The position numbers were made by a program, and so were the translations under genes. A DNA stretch of 64,000 nt, taken from contig OZ243974.1 in NCBI GenBank assembly GCA_965214775.1, positions 2,769,657-2,833,656 of the forward strand, written 5' to 3'. The notes beneath the pieces are model-generated. The model made no database searches. It was not told the DNA's origin and saw nothing but the letters and a program-made list of their open reading frames with translations. This stretch comes from Nitrosopumilus sp. Its GTDB lineage: Archaea; Thermoproteota; Nitrososphaeria; Nitrososphaerales; Nitrosopumilaceae. This document shows, piece by piece, positions 10,417-20,079 of this stretch (positions are counted from its first letter, which is position 1; each line of letters starts with the position of its first letter).

Positions 10417-11436
10417 TCACACAATGCCTACAAGAGTCGCAAGCTCTTTTCTGCATGCCGTGCCGAGCTTTTCTGCGGCCTGCTCTGGGGAGACATCGTT
10501 GAGATATATGCCATATCCGCGTTCAAGACCAGACCACGTCTTTGTAATTGGATAAATTTCAATGTGCCAGTGAATCTGACGGCTGTTTTTCTTCTCAGGT
10601 GATAAATGGAATACGAGGTTGTATGATACGTTTTTGATGGTTTTGGACAACCCGCCCAGAGTCGCCCTCAGAATCAGCGACAGATCATTGATCTCCTTTT
10701 GGGTGATTTTAGAGAAGAGGGTTGTGTGTTTTTTGGGCGCAACCCAGAACTCGTACGGATACGAGGGAGACCAAGGACAAAAGGCGATAAAGCCCTCTGT
10801 TTGCAGGATCTGCCTGGGGCCGCCCATTTCTTCGTTGACTGTTTGGCACATGGGACACACGCCTTTTTCGTTTAGGATCTTGTGGGATGCCTCTGCCTCC
10901 TCCACAATTAACGGTGGAATCGTAGAGAATGTCAGAACGTTGAGATGCGGGTGGGAATTCGTAGTGCCAGACAGCTGGCCCTGATCAGCATAAATTGAGA
11001 CATAGGTGACTCCCTTTTGGGTATACAGCCAGCGCAGTCTGTCCTGGACGACAACCAGAATGTTTGACCACTGCTCAACGTCGATTGTTGCAAAGGTATC
11101 CTTTTGATTCGGGGATGCGACGACGACATAGTGATAGCCGTATGAAGGCTCGCTGTAAAACGGCTTGTCACTGTAGGAATTTTCCGCCTCGAGGGAGACG
11201 ATGGGGTTCTTGCTTTCAAAGACCCTGATTGACCAGCCTTCAACACACCCGTCTTCGCTGTCCTGCAGCCTCTGCAGCATTCCGTCTTTTGCAACAAGGG
11301 ACAGCACAGAAGGGTTGGTCATCGACTCGTTTCCAGGCGAATACGGGGATTTTTTAGGGTTGTTGGTTGCCTTGTCAGTTTTTTTGGAGACGATCATAAA
11401 ACGTTCAGAAACATAGTCCTTGCGAATGTCTCCCAT
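10417..11436 (-). CDS. galT: Galactose-1-phosphate uridylyltransferase family protein
   Basis: SPGNESMT, GYHYVVV, SHPHLN (HPH motif), CPMC, HWHIEIYP, GLERGYG. Confidence 0.85.
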   Translation of the reverse strand: MGDIRKDYVSERFMIVSKKTDKATNNPKKSPYSPGNESMTNPSVLSLVAKDGMLQRLQDSEDGCVEGWSIRVFESKNPIVSLEAENSYSDKPFYSEPSYGYHYVVVASPNQKDTFATIDVEQWSNILVVVQDRLRWLYTQKGVTYVSIYADQGQLSGTTNSHPHLNVLTFSTIPPLIVEEAEASHKILNEKGVCPMCQTVNEEMGGPRQILQTEGFIAFCPWSPSYPYEFWVAPKKHTTLFSKITQKEINDLSLILRATLGGLSKTIKNVSYNLVFHLSPEKKNSRQIHWHIEIYPITKTWSGLERGYGIYLNDVSPEQAAEKLGTACRKELATLVGIV

Positions 11437-11633
11437 AATTGTAATCTGAGGCAGCTGTATGTTAAAACGTTTACTAAGATCTCAGAGAAAACAAAGGACA
11501 GGGTTTTGAACTCAAGAAGTTGCAAGAACCATCAAAGACAATTCTTTTTTTTCTTCTTTTGTTTTTCTCAGAAAGAGGGTTTGCTGATCGCAGTCTTGTA
11601 AGACTTAAAGTAGAGAATCAGATCCCTGAAAAC

Positions 11634-12923
11634 ATGAATAATTCTGACATACGCATGATTTACGTGCTGCTAGACGGGGTCGGGGACCTTCCACATCCGG
11701 ATCTGGGCGGAAAGACGCCATTACAGGCTGCAAACACGCCGGTTTTAGACAGAATTGCAGGCAACGGGGCCATCGGCGAGGTGATCTCTGTGGGAAGGGG
11801 AATCGCACCAGAATCAGACATTGCAGTCTTTAACATGCTAGGATACAAGTTCAACCATGCAGACTATGCGGGCCGCGGAGTAATCGAGGCAATTGGAATA
11901 GGCCTGGATTTCAAAGACGGAGACCTGGCATTAAGAGGAAACTTTTCCACGCTAGATGATCAAGGCATCATAGTTGACAGGCGTGCCGGAAGACACATTA
12001 AAAAAGAGGATGCGGCATATGCTGCAAGGGAGATCGAAGAGAAGATAAGATTTTCAAACCCGGGTACGGAGGTTGCAGTTGCGCCAACAATTGCGCACAG
12101 GGTCACAGTCAGAATCAGAAGCAGATCCCAAAGACTGTCATCAAAGATCACAAACACCGATCCGGCATACGCCAATATCGGAGGGATGGGGGTGGCAAAA
12201 GCAGTCGGGGACTTTTTAAGAGTTGAAAGATGTCTGCCCTTGGAGGAGGCAGAAGACTCCAAACTCACAGCAGACCTCGTAAACGAGTTCTCAGATCAGT
12301 CCGTCAGAATTTTAAGAGAGAGTCAGATCAATCAAAGACGGGCAGAGCAAAACAAAAAACTCCTCAGCTGTATCCTCCTAAGGGATGCAGGCAACAGATA
12401 CCCAGACGTGGTTCCGATTAATGAGAAATATTCGATGAGGTTTTCATGTATCGTGGATATGCCCGTAGAGCTGGGAATATCAAAAGTCCTGAAGATGAGG
12501 GCCTTTGAGGCAGGGGGACTGACAGACTATGAGGAGAAAGCAAGAGTTGCAGCAGAGGCAATGGAGACGCAAAACGCAATTTATGTTCATCTCAAGGGAC
12601 CAGACGAGTTTGGTCATGACGGGGATGCGGTTGGAAAAACGAGAAACATCGAGGAGATTGATCAGAGGTTTTTCAAAACGCTTGTCGAAAACATCGATAC
12701 TGGCAGGGTGGCAATCGTAGTTTCTGCGGACCATTCAACGCCGTGCATCATCAAGGGACACAGCGATGATCCAGTCCCTGTCTTGGTTTCAGGGGACTTT
12801 ATTAAAAAGGACGGAACCACCAGAATGACAGAGCAGCAGGCAAAGAGGGGAAGCATCGGTTTGCTTGAAGGCTCCCAGGTGGTTGAAAAGTCTCTGGAGT
12901 TAATCAAATCTCAAACAGAGTAA
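11634..12923 (+). CDS. apgM: 2,3-bisphosphoglycerate-independent phosphoglycerate mutase, archaeal type
   Basis: LDGVGD, KTPLQAANTP, PESD, GRGVIEA, HLKGPDEFGHDG, ADHSTP; start moved to ATG 11634. Confidence 0.93.
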   Translation: MNNSDIRMIYVLLDGVGDLPHPDLGGKTPLQAANTPVLDRIAGNGAIGEVISVGRGIAPESDIAVFNMLGYKFNHADYAGRGVIEAIGIGLDFKDGDLALRGNFSTLDDQGIIVDRRAGRHIKKEDAAYAAREIEEKIRFSNPGTEVAVAPTIAHRVTVRIRSRSQRLSSKITNTDPAYANIGGMGVAKAVGDFLRVERCLPLEEAEDSKLTADLVNEFSDQSVRILRESQINQRRAEQNKKLLSCILLRDAGNRYPDVVPINEKYSMRFSCIVDMPVELGISKVLKMRAFEAGGLTDYEEKARVAAEAMETQNAIYVHLKGPDEFGHDGDAVGKTRNIEEIDQRFFKTLVENIDTGRVAIVVSADHSTPCIIKGHSDDPVPVLVSGDFIKKDGTTRMTEQQAKRGSIGLLEGSQVVEKSLELIKSQTE

Positions 12924-13464
12924 GCCGGTTTGCCTGCTGCATTTCAGCTGCCTTTGCCCTCATCCTGTCAACATCAATGGAATGGTATGTGGAAGGAGAG
13001 GTTCCCAGTTTATCTAAGGATCTGCCAAGCATTCCTATGGCTATCGTCAGATCATTTTTTTGGCCGTGTGCAAATGCTACTGCCAGCAAGATAATTCCCT
13101 GGACCAGTTCTTTTTCACGTCCAAAGCATTGCTTCCAGACGCCTTCAAAGGCCTCATGGCTTTCCCAGAACCGCTCATTGTTGAAATAAAATATGCCGTC
13201 TTGGATTCCCTGTTCTTTGTCAATCTCTTCAAGTACAACATGACGGACGTCGTAAAGGGGCCCAATGGATGCAAGTCTTTCTATCAAGGAGTCCAACTTG
13301 TCAGGATCTACAGAAACGTCAAGTTCGACGAATCTTCTAGCTATCCTGCAGACTCGAATCGAGGCGTTCATGTCTCCGGCCAGATCGCGGGCCCTGTACA
13401 CGACCTCCCTAGAGTTCTCAGGTGACAGTTTTTCATTTTTGAGATGAAGCATATAGCGTTCCAT
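12904..13464 (-). CDS. DUF309-domain protein
   Basis: GIFYFNNERFWESHEAFEGVW...VQGIILLAVAFAH. Confidence 0.85.
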   Translation of the reverse strand: MERYMLHLKNEKLSPENSREVVYRARDLAGDMNASIRVCRIARRFVELDVSVDPDKLDSLIERLASIGPLYDVRHVVLEEIDKEQGIQDGIFYFNNERFWESHEAFEGVWKQCFGREKELVQGIILLAVAFAHGQKNDLTIAIGMLGRSLDKLGTSPSTYHSIDVDRMRAKAAEMQQANRLTLFEI

Positions 13465-13576
13465 GACAGGGTTTCAAAGCAATTTCTTAAATTTCTTGTC
13501 TTCAGTGCATTCTTCCCAAAAGTATCACGTCAATATCCTGACTGGCGTCCAAACGGGGCCGCCGGCAGATCGTATG

Positions 13577-13646
13577 CCGCTGCTGCCGCTGTTGTTGTTG
13601 TTGCTGTTGTTGCTGCTGCTGTTGTTGTTGTTACTACTACTGCTGC
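13577..13646. repeat. Compound trinucleotide microsatellite (GCT/GTT/ACT)n, intergenic
   Basis: Directly visible run of about 23 triplets between DUF309 and rps24e. Confidence 0.9.
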
Positions 13647-13718
13647 AAGCCGGTACTTTTGAAAAGACGACTGCATCCAATCAAGGTTTATATGAAATGT
13701 CTGGAGGATTTTGGATAC

Positions 13719-14141
13719 ATGTCCATAATTGAGACCGTTGCAGACGTTGACAATACGTTTCTATCAAGAAGAGAGATTACATGTAATTTTGCCGGACTGG
13801 CAGGCAAGCTCAAGAGAACAGAGGCAGCAGACATGATTGCCAGAGAGTTCAAGCTTGACGGCAAGGCAATCATCATCCCAATGAGGCTAAAGACCCATGT
13901 TGGAAGACCGGTTGTTACCGGAACCTTTTATGTATATGAAGACGAGGGGCTGGCAAAAAAACACGTGAATCCGACAATTTTCTCAAGACTGGAAAAAAGC
14001 AAGGCAAAAGATGCCAAACCAGAATCCACAGAAGACAAGAGCGGCTCTGCCGAAGGGGTCACAGAAAAGAAAGGAGGAGGAGAGGAGGAGAAGGAGAAAG
14101 AAGGTGAGAAGGAAGACAAGAAGGAGGAGAAGTCCGAATAA
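13719..14141 (+). CDS. rps24e: 30S ribosomal protein S24e with charged C-terminal extension
   Basis: NTFLSRREI, LKTHVGRPVVTGTFYVYED; directly followed by rps27ae. Confidence 0.88.
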   Translation: MSIIETVADVDNTFLSRREITCNFAGLAGKLKRTEAADMIAREFKLDGKAIIIPMRLKTHVGRPVVTGTFYVYEDEGLAKKHVNPTIFSRLEKSKAKDAKPESTEDKSGSAEGVTEKKGGGEEEKEKEGEKEDKKEEKSE

Positions 14142-14314
14142 TGGCCGGCAAGAAGGGCTCCAGTCCAAGAATTCACACGTATTTTAAAATAGACGGAGAC
14201 AAAATTTCACGGCTTAAGAAAATTTGTGCCAGGTGTGGAAAGGGAGTCTACATGTCAGAACACAAAGACAGACGCGCATGCGGCAAATGTACCGACACGG
14301 AATTCATTCAATAA
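14141..14314 (+). CDS. rps27ae: 30S ribosomal protein S27ae (57 aa, absent from the ORF track)
   Basis: My translation: MAGKKGSSPRIHTYFKIDGDKISRLKKICARCGKGVYMSEHKDRRACGKCTDTEFIQ; two CxxC pairs; TAATG coupling. Confidence 0.92.
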   Translation: MAGKKGSSPRIHTYFKIDGDKISRLKKICARCGKGVYMSEHKDRRACGKCTDTEFIQ

Positions 14315-14332
14315 GTCAGTCTTCAAAGTCAG

Positions 14333-14409
14333 CAGACTTTATGCGTAATTACTTGAATGAGATGAATCTGTTTGCAACAATCCTAGTTTTGAACCGATTA
14401 CGCAGTCTA
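14333..14409. mobile_element. About 77-bp MITE with ISL2-like ends; second copy at 53980-54058
   Basis: AGACTTTATGCGTAAT...CCGATTACGCAGTCTA matches the termini of 1843-3379. Confidence 0.75.
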
Positions 14410-14519
14410 GTGCCCGTAGATGCATCTGATCATCAAATGCTTCAAGAACTTTTGCCAGTCAGCACGGTTCATTGCGCAGGCCGGTATTGCCTTATCGAAA
14501 CCGCAGGCAGAGGCAGTTC

Positions 14520-14772
14520 ATATATGCAGTTTTGATTTTATATTGGTTATGTCGTTTTCAATCCTCTCGAACCTAGAGTCAAGGCTCTTGTATTGTCTGA
14601 TGAATTTTTTGTTTCTGTCCAAACCCCACAGTTTCTAATCACTGTGCAGCTCTTCAAGCAGTTCATCAAAGGTCACGATTTTTCGATCTTCAGGATGTGC
14701 ATAAAAATCTTTGATGTCCTTGATTTCTTCATCAGATAACGGAGGGGATTCTATCTGTTCTGTATCAGACAT
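14520..14772 (-). pseudogene. Small acidic antitoxin-like ORF (14772-14635, 45 aa) followed by a truncated RelE/ParE-like toxin remnant
   Basis: MSDTEQIESPPLSDEEIKDIKDFY...IVTFDELLEEL, then WGLDRNKKFIRQYKSLD ending early in a stop. Confidence 0.5.
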
Positions 14773-14862
14773 GTTTCTTGTGTTACTCCATCATAAAAAA
14801 AGGATTAGGGTCAAGGGGGGTTGTCCAAAAAATTTCCTCAAAATGACCGCCAAGCTTATAGA

Positions 14863-15349
14863 CGCTATATGAAATCTTATCAGTATCCTGTGATATACAA
14901 TTACTGTTGGGCCTGAGAGTCGATATGATCTTACCATGTACAAGGGTGTCTTATAGACTGACTCGCAACAGCAGGCGGAAAGCAATGTACCGCGCAGACG
15001 GTGAATGGGAGATTCCGCTCGGATCAGGCATTTTGATCAAAAAGGAGGTGATAACATGATCAACGTAGGAATAGACGTACACAAAAAGACATGCGTTGCA
15101 GCAGTAAAGGACGACTCTGGCAAGCTGCTAGAGCGATCCAAGTTTGAGAACAGCGTTTCTACAACAACGAATTTTGCAACAGACCTCAAGGCACAATACC
15201 CTGGACAGCTGTCAATCATGACAGTATGCGAGTCTACTGTCACGCAGAGAAAGTATAAGAGGATGCATCGCTTAGCAACATTGTCCTGATTCGGAACACT
15301 GAGCTGGCAAGGGTCCACGGTAGGATTTGGCACGATTTCATATGGGAGA
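14863..15349 (+). mobile_element. 487-bp internally deleted IS110-family element; ORF 15056-15289 is RuvC N-terminus fused to the extreme C-terminus
   Basis: MINVGIDVHKKTCVAAVKD...VCEST (IS110 DEDD start); AGGAGGTG RBS; AGA at both junctions; subterminal IR ATATGAAATC/GATTTCATAT; near-identical copy 61634-62120. Confidence 0.88.
14905..15030 (+). ncRNA. Predicted bridge-RNA-like guide (target-binding and donor-binding internal loops)
   Basis: Stems GAGTCG/TGACTC with TACC/GGTG enclose ATATGATCT and TCTTATAGA; stems GCGGAA/TTCCGC with TACCG/CGGTG enclose AGCAATG and AATGGGAGA; closing GCCTGA/TCAGGC; loops match flanks and element end. Confidence 0.75.
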
Positions 15350-16740
15350 TCATGGGCGTAATACGCCGAAAACAATTTTGATCAGCCGATCCTGGCTATT
15401 TCAATGAGTAACGACAGAAAGAACACAGAATACTACCGACTCTACGAGCAAAAGCGCAGGCAGGAGAGCCCCCGCAAGAAGAAGGCAAGGAAGAACCTGG
15501 GAAAGATCGTGCGCAGGGTGGCCAAGAAGATGGCAGACAAAACGGGAATCGATGCCAAACTTGCATGGTCTGCCATACGCATTGCGATCCTCAGGATCGA
15601 GAACCACCTGTCCTACAGGATCATGGCCACGCATCTGGAGACAAATCCGGACGATCTCAGGAGGTGCGGCCTAGACCACACACTCTCCAAGTCCACCATA
15701 CACAACAGGGTGAAGATGCTCTGGGAAATGGGCAAGGACTTTATGGACGAGGTCGTGCTGGCCATGTCAGACGGCAAGCGCATAGCGGACCTGCACGGCG
15801 ACTCGACGGGGTTTGGCCTCCGCAAGTACAAGAGCTGGCATCATGCCAAGTACGGGGAGATGACAGGACACGACTTTGCAAAGCTGCATAGTAGGCGCAG
15901 TAGGAGGCAGGATACTGTCATTTGAGGCCACACCTGGCACATCGGCCGACTCGCCGGAGTTTGCCCGCATGTTTTCCCGCATTCCAAAGGGAGGATACGG
16001 CATAGTGGCGCTGGATTCGGCATACGATTCGTACAAAAACTGCGAGTTGATTGCAAAAAGCGGCCGCGGACCTGCCATAAAGCCGGCAAAGGGAAACGAA
16101 AAGCCTTGGCAGGTTCAGCGCCCGGGCCAGGATGCTGCAGTGGCTGCGCGACAGGCAGACGAATTCTGGCGCGCCTACCACAAGAGGAGCCAGGCAGAGT
16201 CCCTGTTCTCGGCAATGAAGGAAAGGACTGGATCCGTCCTGCGCTCAAAGCTGGACGGAACCATTACAGTCGAGCTGTTCGCTTGCGTGTTGTGCTACAA
16301 CCTTACGGTATAATTTTTATCATAATTCCGTACTGTTGTTGGACTGCAGCAGCACTACCGTAAGGTATGGCCCGCATGGATATTTACGTTGCCTTTTGCG
16401 CATGTCCGGCCGAAAATGTCCCGTTCTGCATCTGAATTTACATACATACGGGGGCAGACTGGCAGATTATGGCAGCCTCTTGGAAATTTTTTGGACAACC
16501 CCGGATTGCACAGTCTTTCCAAAAGTAACCCAAAAAACGGCTCCAAATTCGAAACAATCTAAGATGAGTCACATGCAGATCCATATACTGCCGTCTGCAC
16601 CATCCCTAATTTGGAATCATCTTGAATACTTCATCTGTAGTGACGACTGAAAGTTTTCGAGCACCTATGGCATGAAATATGCAGGAAGACGCTTTTTGAT
16701 GATCAAAGACTTTCAGCCACCACTATAGGAACTACTGGCA

Positions 16741-17319
16741 TTATGGAATTGTAATTTTTAGAGGTTCGATTTCATCCAATCCACGTAGTCCTAAAAACCC
16801 TTTGTCAAAAGTATACAATTCGTCACATTGAGAGTCATGTGCTATGATGGCGTGTAAAATATCTGCAAACATGACTTGTTTATAGTTGATGCCAACATGA
16901 TCTGCACTGCACTGTTCATATTTTTTATGAAATCGTTGAGACCCTATGCTTTTTTCCATTAGTTCCAATCCACGAGCAAGGACATCGTCTAGTCTGGCAC
17001 TTCCTCCTTTTTCTAGTTTGACGTTTGGCAGCCTCATTATGGTACTAGTTGTGGATTGATAAATCTTGCTGGCCTTGTCCTTTACATAGGCGTCTTGTTT
17101 TTTTTCTGGAATTCTGATCATCTCTTCTTTATTTTTACTAACAAGCATGCGAATCACTCCCATCAATTCGGTTAGAGCAAGAATGGAAATCACTCCTGCA
17201 TATCTGCCCTGTGAGATTCCGTCAATTACCAATTTTGCACGACGGTGCTGATCGGGTTCCTTTTTTGACCCTATCGTATAAGCAATTATGATGTTGGTGT
17301 CTAGGTAGATTTTATCCAT
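16741..17319 (-). CDS. PIN-domain (VapC-like) nuclease
   Basis: IYLDTNIII, SILALTEL, ADILHAIIA, LYTFDKGF acidic PIN motifs. Confidence 0.88.
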   Translation of the reverse strand: MDKIYLDTNIIIAYTIGSKKEPDQHRRAKLVIDGISQGRYAGVISILALTELMGVIRMLVSKNKEEMIRIPEKKQDAYVKDKASKIYQSTTSTIMRLPNVKLEKGGSARLDDVLARGLELMEKSIGSQRFHKKYEQCSADHVGINYKQVMFADILHAIIAHDSQCDELYTFDKGFLGLRGLDEIEPLKITIP

Positions 17320-17777
17320 TACGTGTCCCTCATAGTTCTAACCGCATCTACGGCATCGACGGCCTGGTCTCCGATCTGGTCTCCGATAATGCCAGAGAGC
17401 TGTTTGAATGCGTTGGAGTCAAGTTTTGGAATTTCCTTGAGTCCTATGAGCCTACAGAGCATTTCGCGGGTATCTCTGTCATTGAATTTGAATTCGCTGA
17501 CATGTTCTGTTGACTCGATGATTGAGAGATCCGGTGGGCTCGTGTCGTTATCATATGGTATGACGTCCTTGGAGGGGCTTGCACCGTCATCGTATTGTAT
17601 GATGTGGTTTGATAGTGTGATGAAGAAAGGCGCCAGGAAGTAGATCGGCCGTTCCGGCGGTTTGTCGATCTCATCCAAGTCCTTGGCGCTCATCAGGCTG
17701 CCGAGGTGTTGTTTACTTCCAGAACCGCTCATGTGTGTCATAGCATCCACATCTGTATCATGCGGGGTGCTGAACAA
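17319..17777 (-). CDS. Putative antitoxin-like protein with acidic low-complexity N-terminus
   Basis: Translationally coupled to the PIN gene; C-terminus LSGIIG...DAVDAVRTMRD resembles VapB tails. Confidence 0.5.
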   Translation of the reverse strand: MFSTPHDTDVDAMTHMSGSGSKQHLGSLMSAKDLDEIDKPPERPIYFLAPFFITLSNHIIQYDDGASPSKDVIPYDNDTSPPDLSIIESTEHVSEFKFNDRDTREMLCRLIGLKEIPKLDSNAFKQLSGIIGDQIGDQAVDAVDAVRTMRDT

Positions 17778-18192
17778 GGTTTGCAGTCCGCATTCCTACA
17801 AGCTCCCTTGTCTCCTTGATTCTGTTGTAGGCATTGAGAAAGTCAACGGCGGATGCGTCGTCCCGTAAAAATATAGACAGCGAAAAGCCGAAAAATCGCT
17901 TGCTGTCATTTGTTATTATCTTGTGCCTGATGTCCAGAGCCACCAGCGTATGCTCCAATTCATACACGATTCCACTTTTGGCCGACTCGTCCATCTGAAA
18001 GAATTTTTCTGTTATTTTGTCATTGAAGGGATGTGTGGCCTGCAGCTCGACCAGATCTGATTTGCCAAGCGCCACTATGCTGTCCTTTTTTACAAGCCGG
18101 GCATATCGGTAGGATGGAGGGTATTCCTTCATTCTTATGTGTTGAATATTTGCATTGTCCATCAACTTGCAAATGTCGGACTCTTCCAACAA
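17758..18192 (-). CDS. Hypothetical protein, possibly DUF2299/T3SS-chaperone-like fold
   Basis: 144 aa alpha/beta pattern with C-terminal helix DFLNAYNRIKETRELV; overlaps the next gene; fold is my inference. Confidence 0.5.
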   Translation of the reverse strand: MLEESDICKLMDNANIQHIRMKEYPPSYRYARLVKKDSIVALGKSDLVELQATHPFNDKITEKFFQMDESAKSGIVYELEHTLVALDIRHKIITNDSKRFFGFSLSIFLRDDASAVDFLNAYNRIKETRELVGMRTANLVQHPA

Positions 18193-18280
18193 GATATGTC
18201 GCGTGCGATATTATAAAAGCATATACAACTGAGGGGGGTTGTCCAAAAAATTTCCTCAAAATGACCGCCAAGCTTATAGA

Positions 18281-19038
18281 CGCTATATGAAATCTTATCA
18301 GTATCCTGTAATATACAATTATCGTTGGGCCTGAGAGTCGATGTGATCTTACCATGTACAAGGGTGTTTTATAGACTGACTCGTAACAGCAGGCGGAAAG
18401 CAATATACCGCGTAGACGGTGAATGGGAGATTCCGCCCGGATCAGGCATTTTGATCAAAAAGGAGGTGATAACATGATCAACTCGGCCACAGCAGTACGA
18501 AACGACTCAAGACTTGGTTCTATATATGAAAGGATAAGAAAGAGACGAGGATGGCAAAAGGCAAAGATTGTAGTTGCAAGGCACATGCTGGAGATAATCT
18601 GGCACATGCTGACCACCGGGGAGGAGTACCGCACTCAGAGCAAGACTCTCACGCAGAGAAAGTATAAGAGAATGCATCGCATAGCAACATTGTCCTGATT
18701 CGGAACATCACGCTGGCAAGGGTCCACGGTAGGATTAGGTACGATTTCATATGGGAGACTGACTCGTAACAGCAGGCGGAAAGCAATATACCGCGTAGAC
18801 GGTGAATGGGAGATTCCGCCCGGATCAGGCATTTTGATCAAAAAGGAGGTGATAACATGATCAACTCGGCCACAGCAGTACGAAACGACTCAAGACTTGG
18901 TTCTATATATGAAAGGATAAGAAAGAGACGAGGATGGCAAAAGGCAAAGATTGTAGTTGCAAGGCACATGCTGGAGATAATCTGGCACATGCTGACCACC
19001 GGGGAGGAGTACCGCACTCAGAGCAAGACTCTCACGCA
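18281..19038 (+). mobile_element. IS110 mini-element keeping only the C-terminal recombinase part (18281-18758, ORF 18474-18698) plus a partial tandem copy (18759-19038)
   Basis: Same left and right ends as 14863-15349; YERIRKRRGWQKAKIVVARHMLEIIWHML is the typical IS110 C-terminus. Confidence 0.85.
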
Positions 19039-20079
19039 TGTTTCATATGAAAATTAGTTCCGCCCCTCATTAGTATCCTTCTCCATCCATTTGGGGTCGC
19101 TTTTCCTGATCGCTTCTGTGGCCTCCCGGCTCCGGAACGCCATTCTGGGAGTCTCTGCACGCTTGATGTCAAGCGACCAGTGCGTCCTGTGCTCGTTGTA
19201 GAACTCGATGAACTCGTCTACCTTCTCAAAGTGCGTCAGCTCCTTCTCAAGCGTTCTGAACCACCTCTCCAACTTGCCGTTGGTCTGGGGGTGATGCGGA
19301 CGCGAGTTGAGCAGGACGATGCTGTGCTCTAGCAGCTCGTTCTCAAACAGCGTGGGCGTCCAGCTGCCCCTTGGGGTACCGCGCCTGGCTGACGTAAAGC
19401 AGCTGCCGTTGTCTGAGAGTATCTGGGCTGGCGTCCCGAACTCTTTGATGGCCTTGCGCAGCACCAGGACTGCGTTCTCCGAGGTCGCGCGCTCAAAGAC
19501 GCCAAATCCGGTTATGCACCGCGAGGAATCGTCAAGATATGCCACCAGATTGAGTTTTTCTAGGCGTGAATCCTTCATTTCGTGCCAGTCCACGTGCCAC
19601 ATTGCATTGGAGTACTTGCGCTCATAGCGCAGCCACTTGAGCTGTCTGGGTCTGGCAGGCGAGCCGTCCGTTATTCCCTCGGCCTTCATGATCCTGTATA
19701 CTGCATGGTAGCTTATCTGCCTGCCTGCGGCCCTCATGCGCAATGCCAGCCTCTCCACACCCGACGGCATCCGCGCATATGCGTCAAGGACCGCCTCCAC
19801 ATCCACGGGATCCGTGTCCATGCAGGGCCTTCCTGCCCCGCTCCGTGGCAGGACTGTGCCGGAGCTGCGGAATCTGGCCCATATCTTCCTGACATACCTG
19901 TCGCTGATGCCCAGCTCCCGGGCTATCTGCTTTGCAGGCACGCCCTTTTTCCTCTGCTTTTCTATGTACCGGAGCGACTTTTCCTCCAATTTTTTCCTCA
20001 CGTTTTTTGATCGGTACAGCCTAAAATAATCCTTCAAAGTACGCCTGATCTTAGGCGGAACTAATTTTCGTATGATAGA
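19039..20079 (-). mobile_element. IS481-family element; transposase 19054-20037
   Basis: 1041 bp, near-identical to 60243-61283; WHVDW, ILSDNG and PQTNGKLERW; no target duplication here. Confidence 0.92.

Larger units (their letters stand above)
14817..16502 (+). mobile_element. IS5/IS4-like (DDE_Tnp_1) element copy 1; frameshifted transposase 15404-16313; IS110 mini-element in its left end
   Basis: Inverted repeats GGGGTTGTCCAAAAAATTTCC / GGAAATTTTTTGGACAACCCC; GDSTGF, LDSAYDS and YHKRSQAESLFSAMK spread across frames. Confidence 0.88.

Noticed and set aside
13444-13732. Poly-Ala/Val and poly-Leu ORFs
   Set aside because: Translation artefacts of the intergenic triplet microsatellite
15005-15055. 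N-terminal extension MGDSARIRHFDQKGGDN on the IS110 mini ORFs
   Set aside because: That ATG lies in the predicted donor loop; the AGGAGGTG RBS points to ATG 15056
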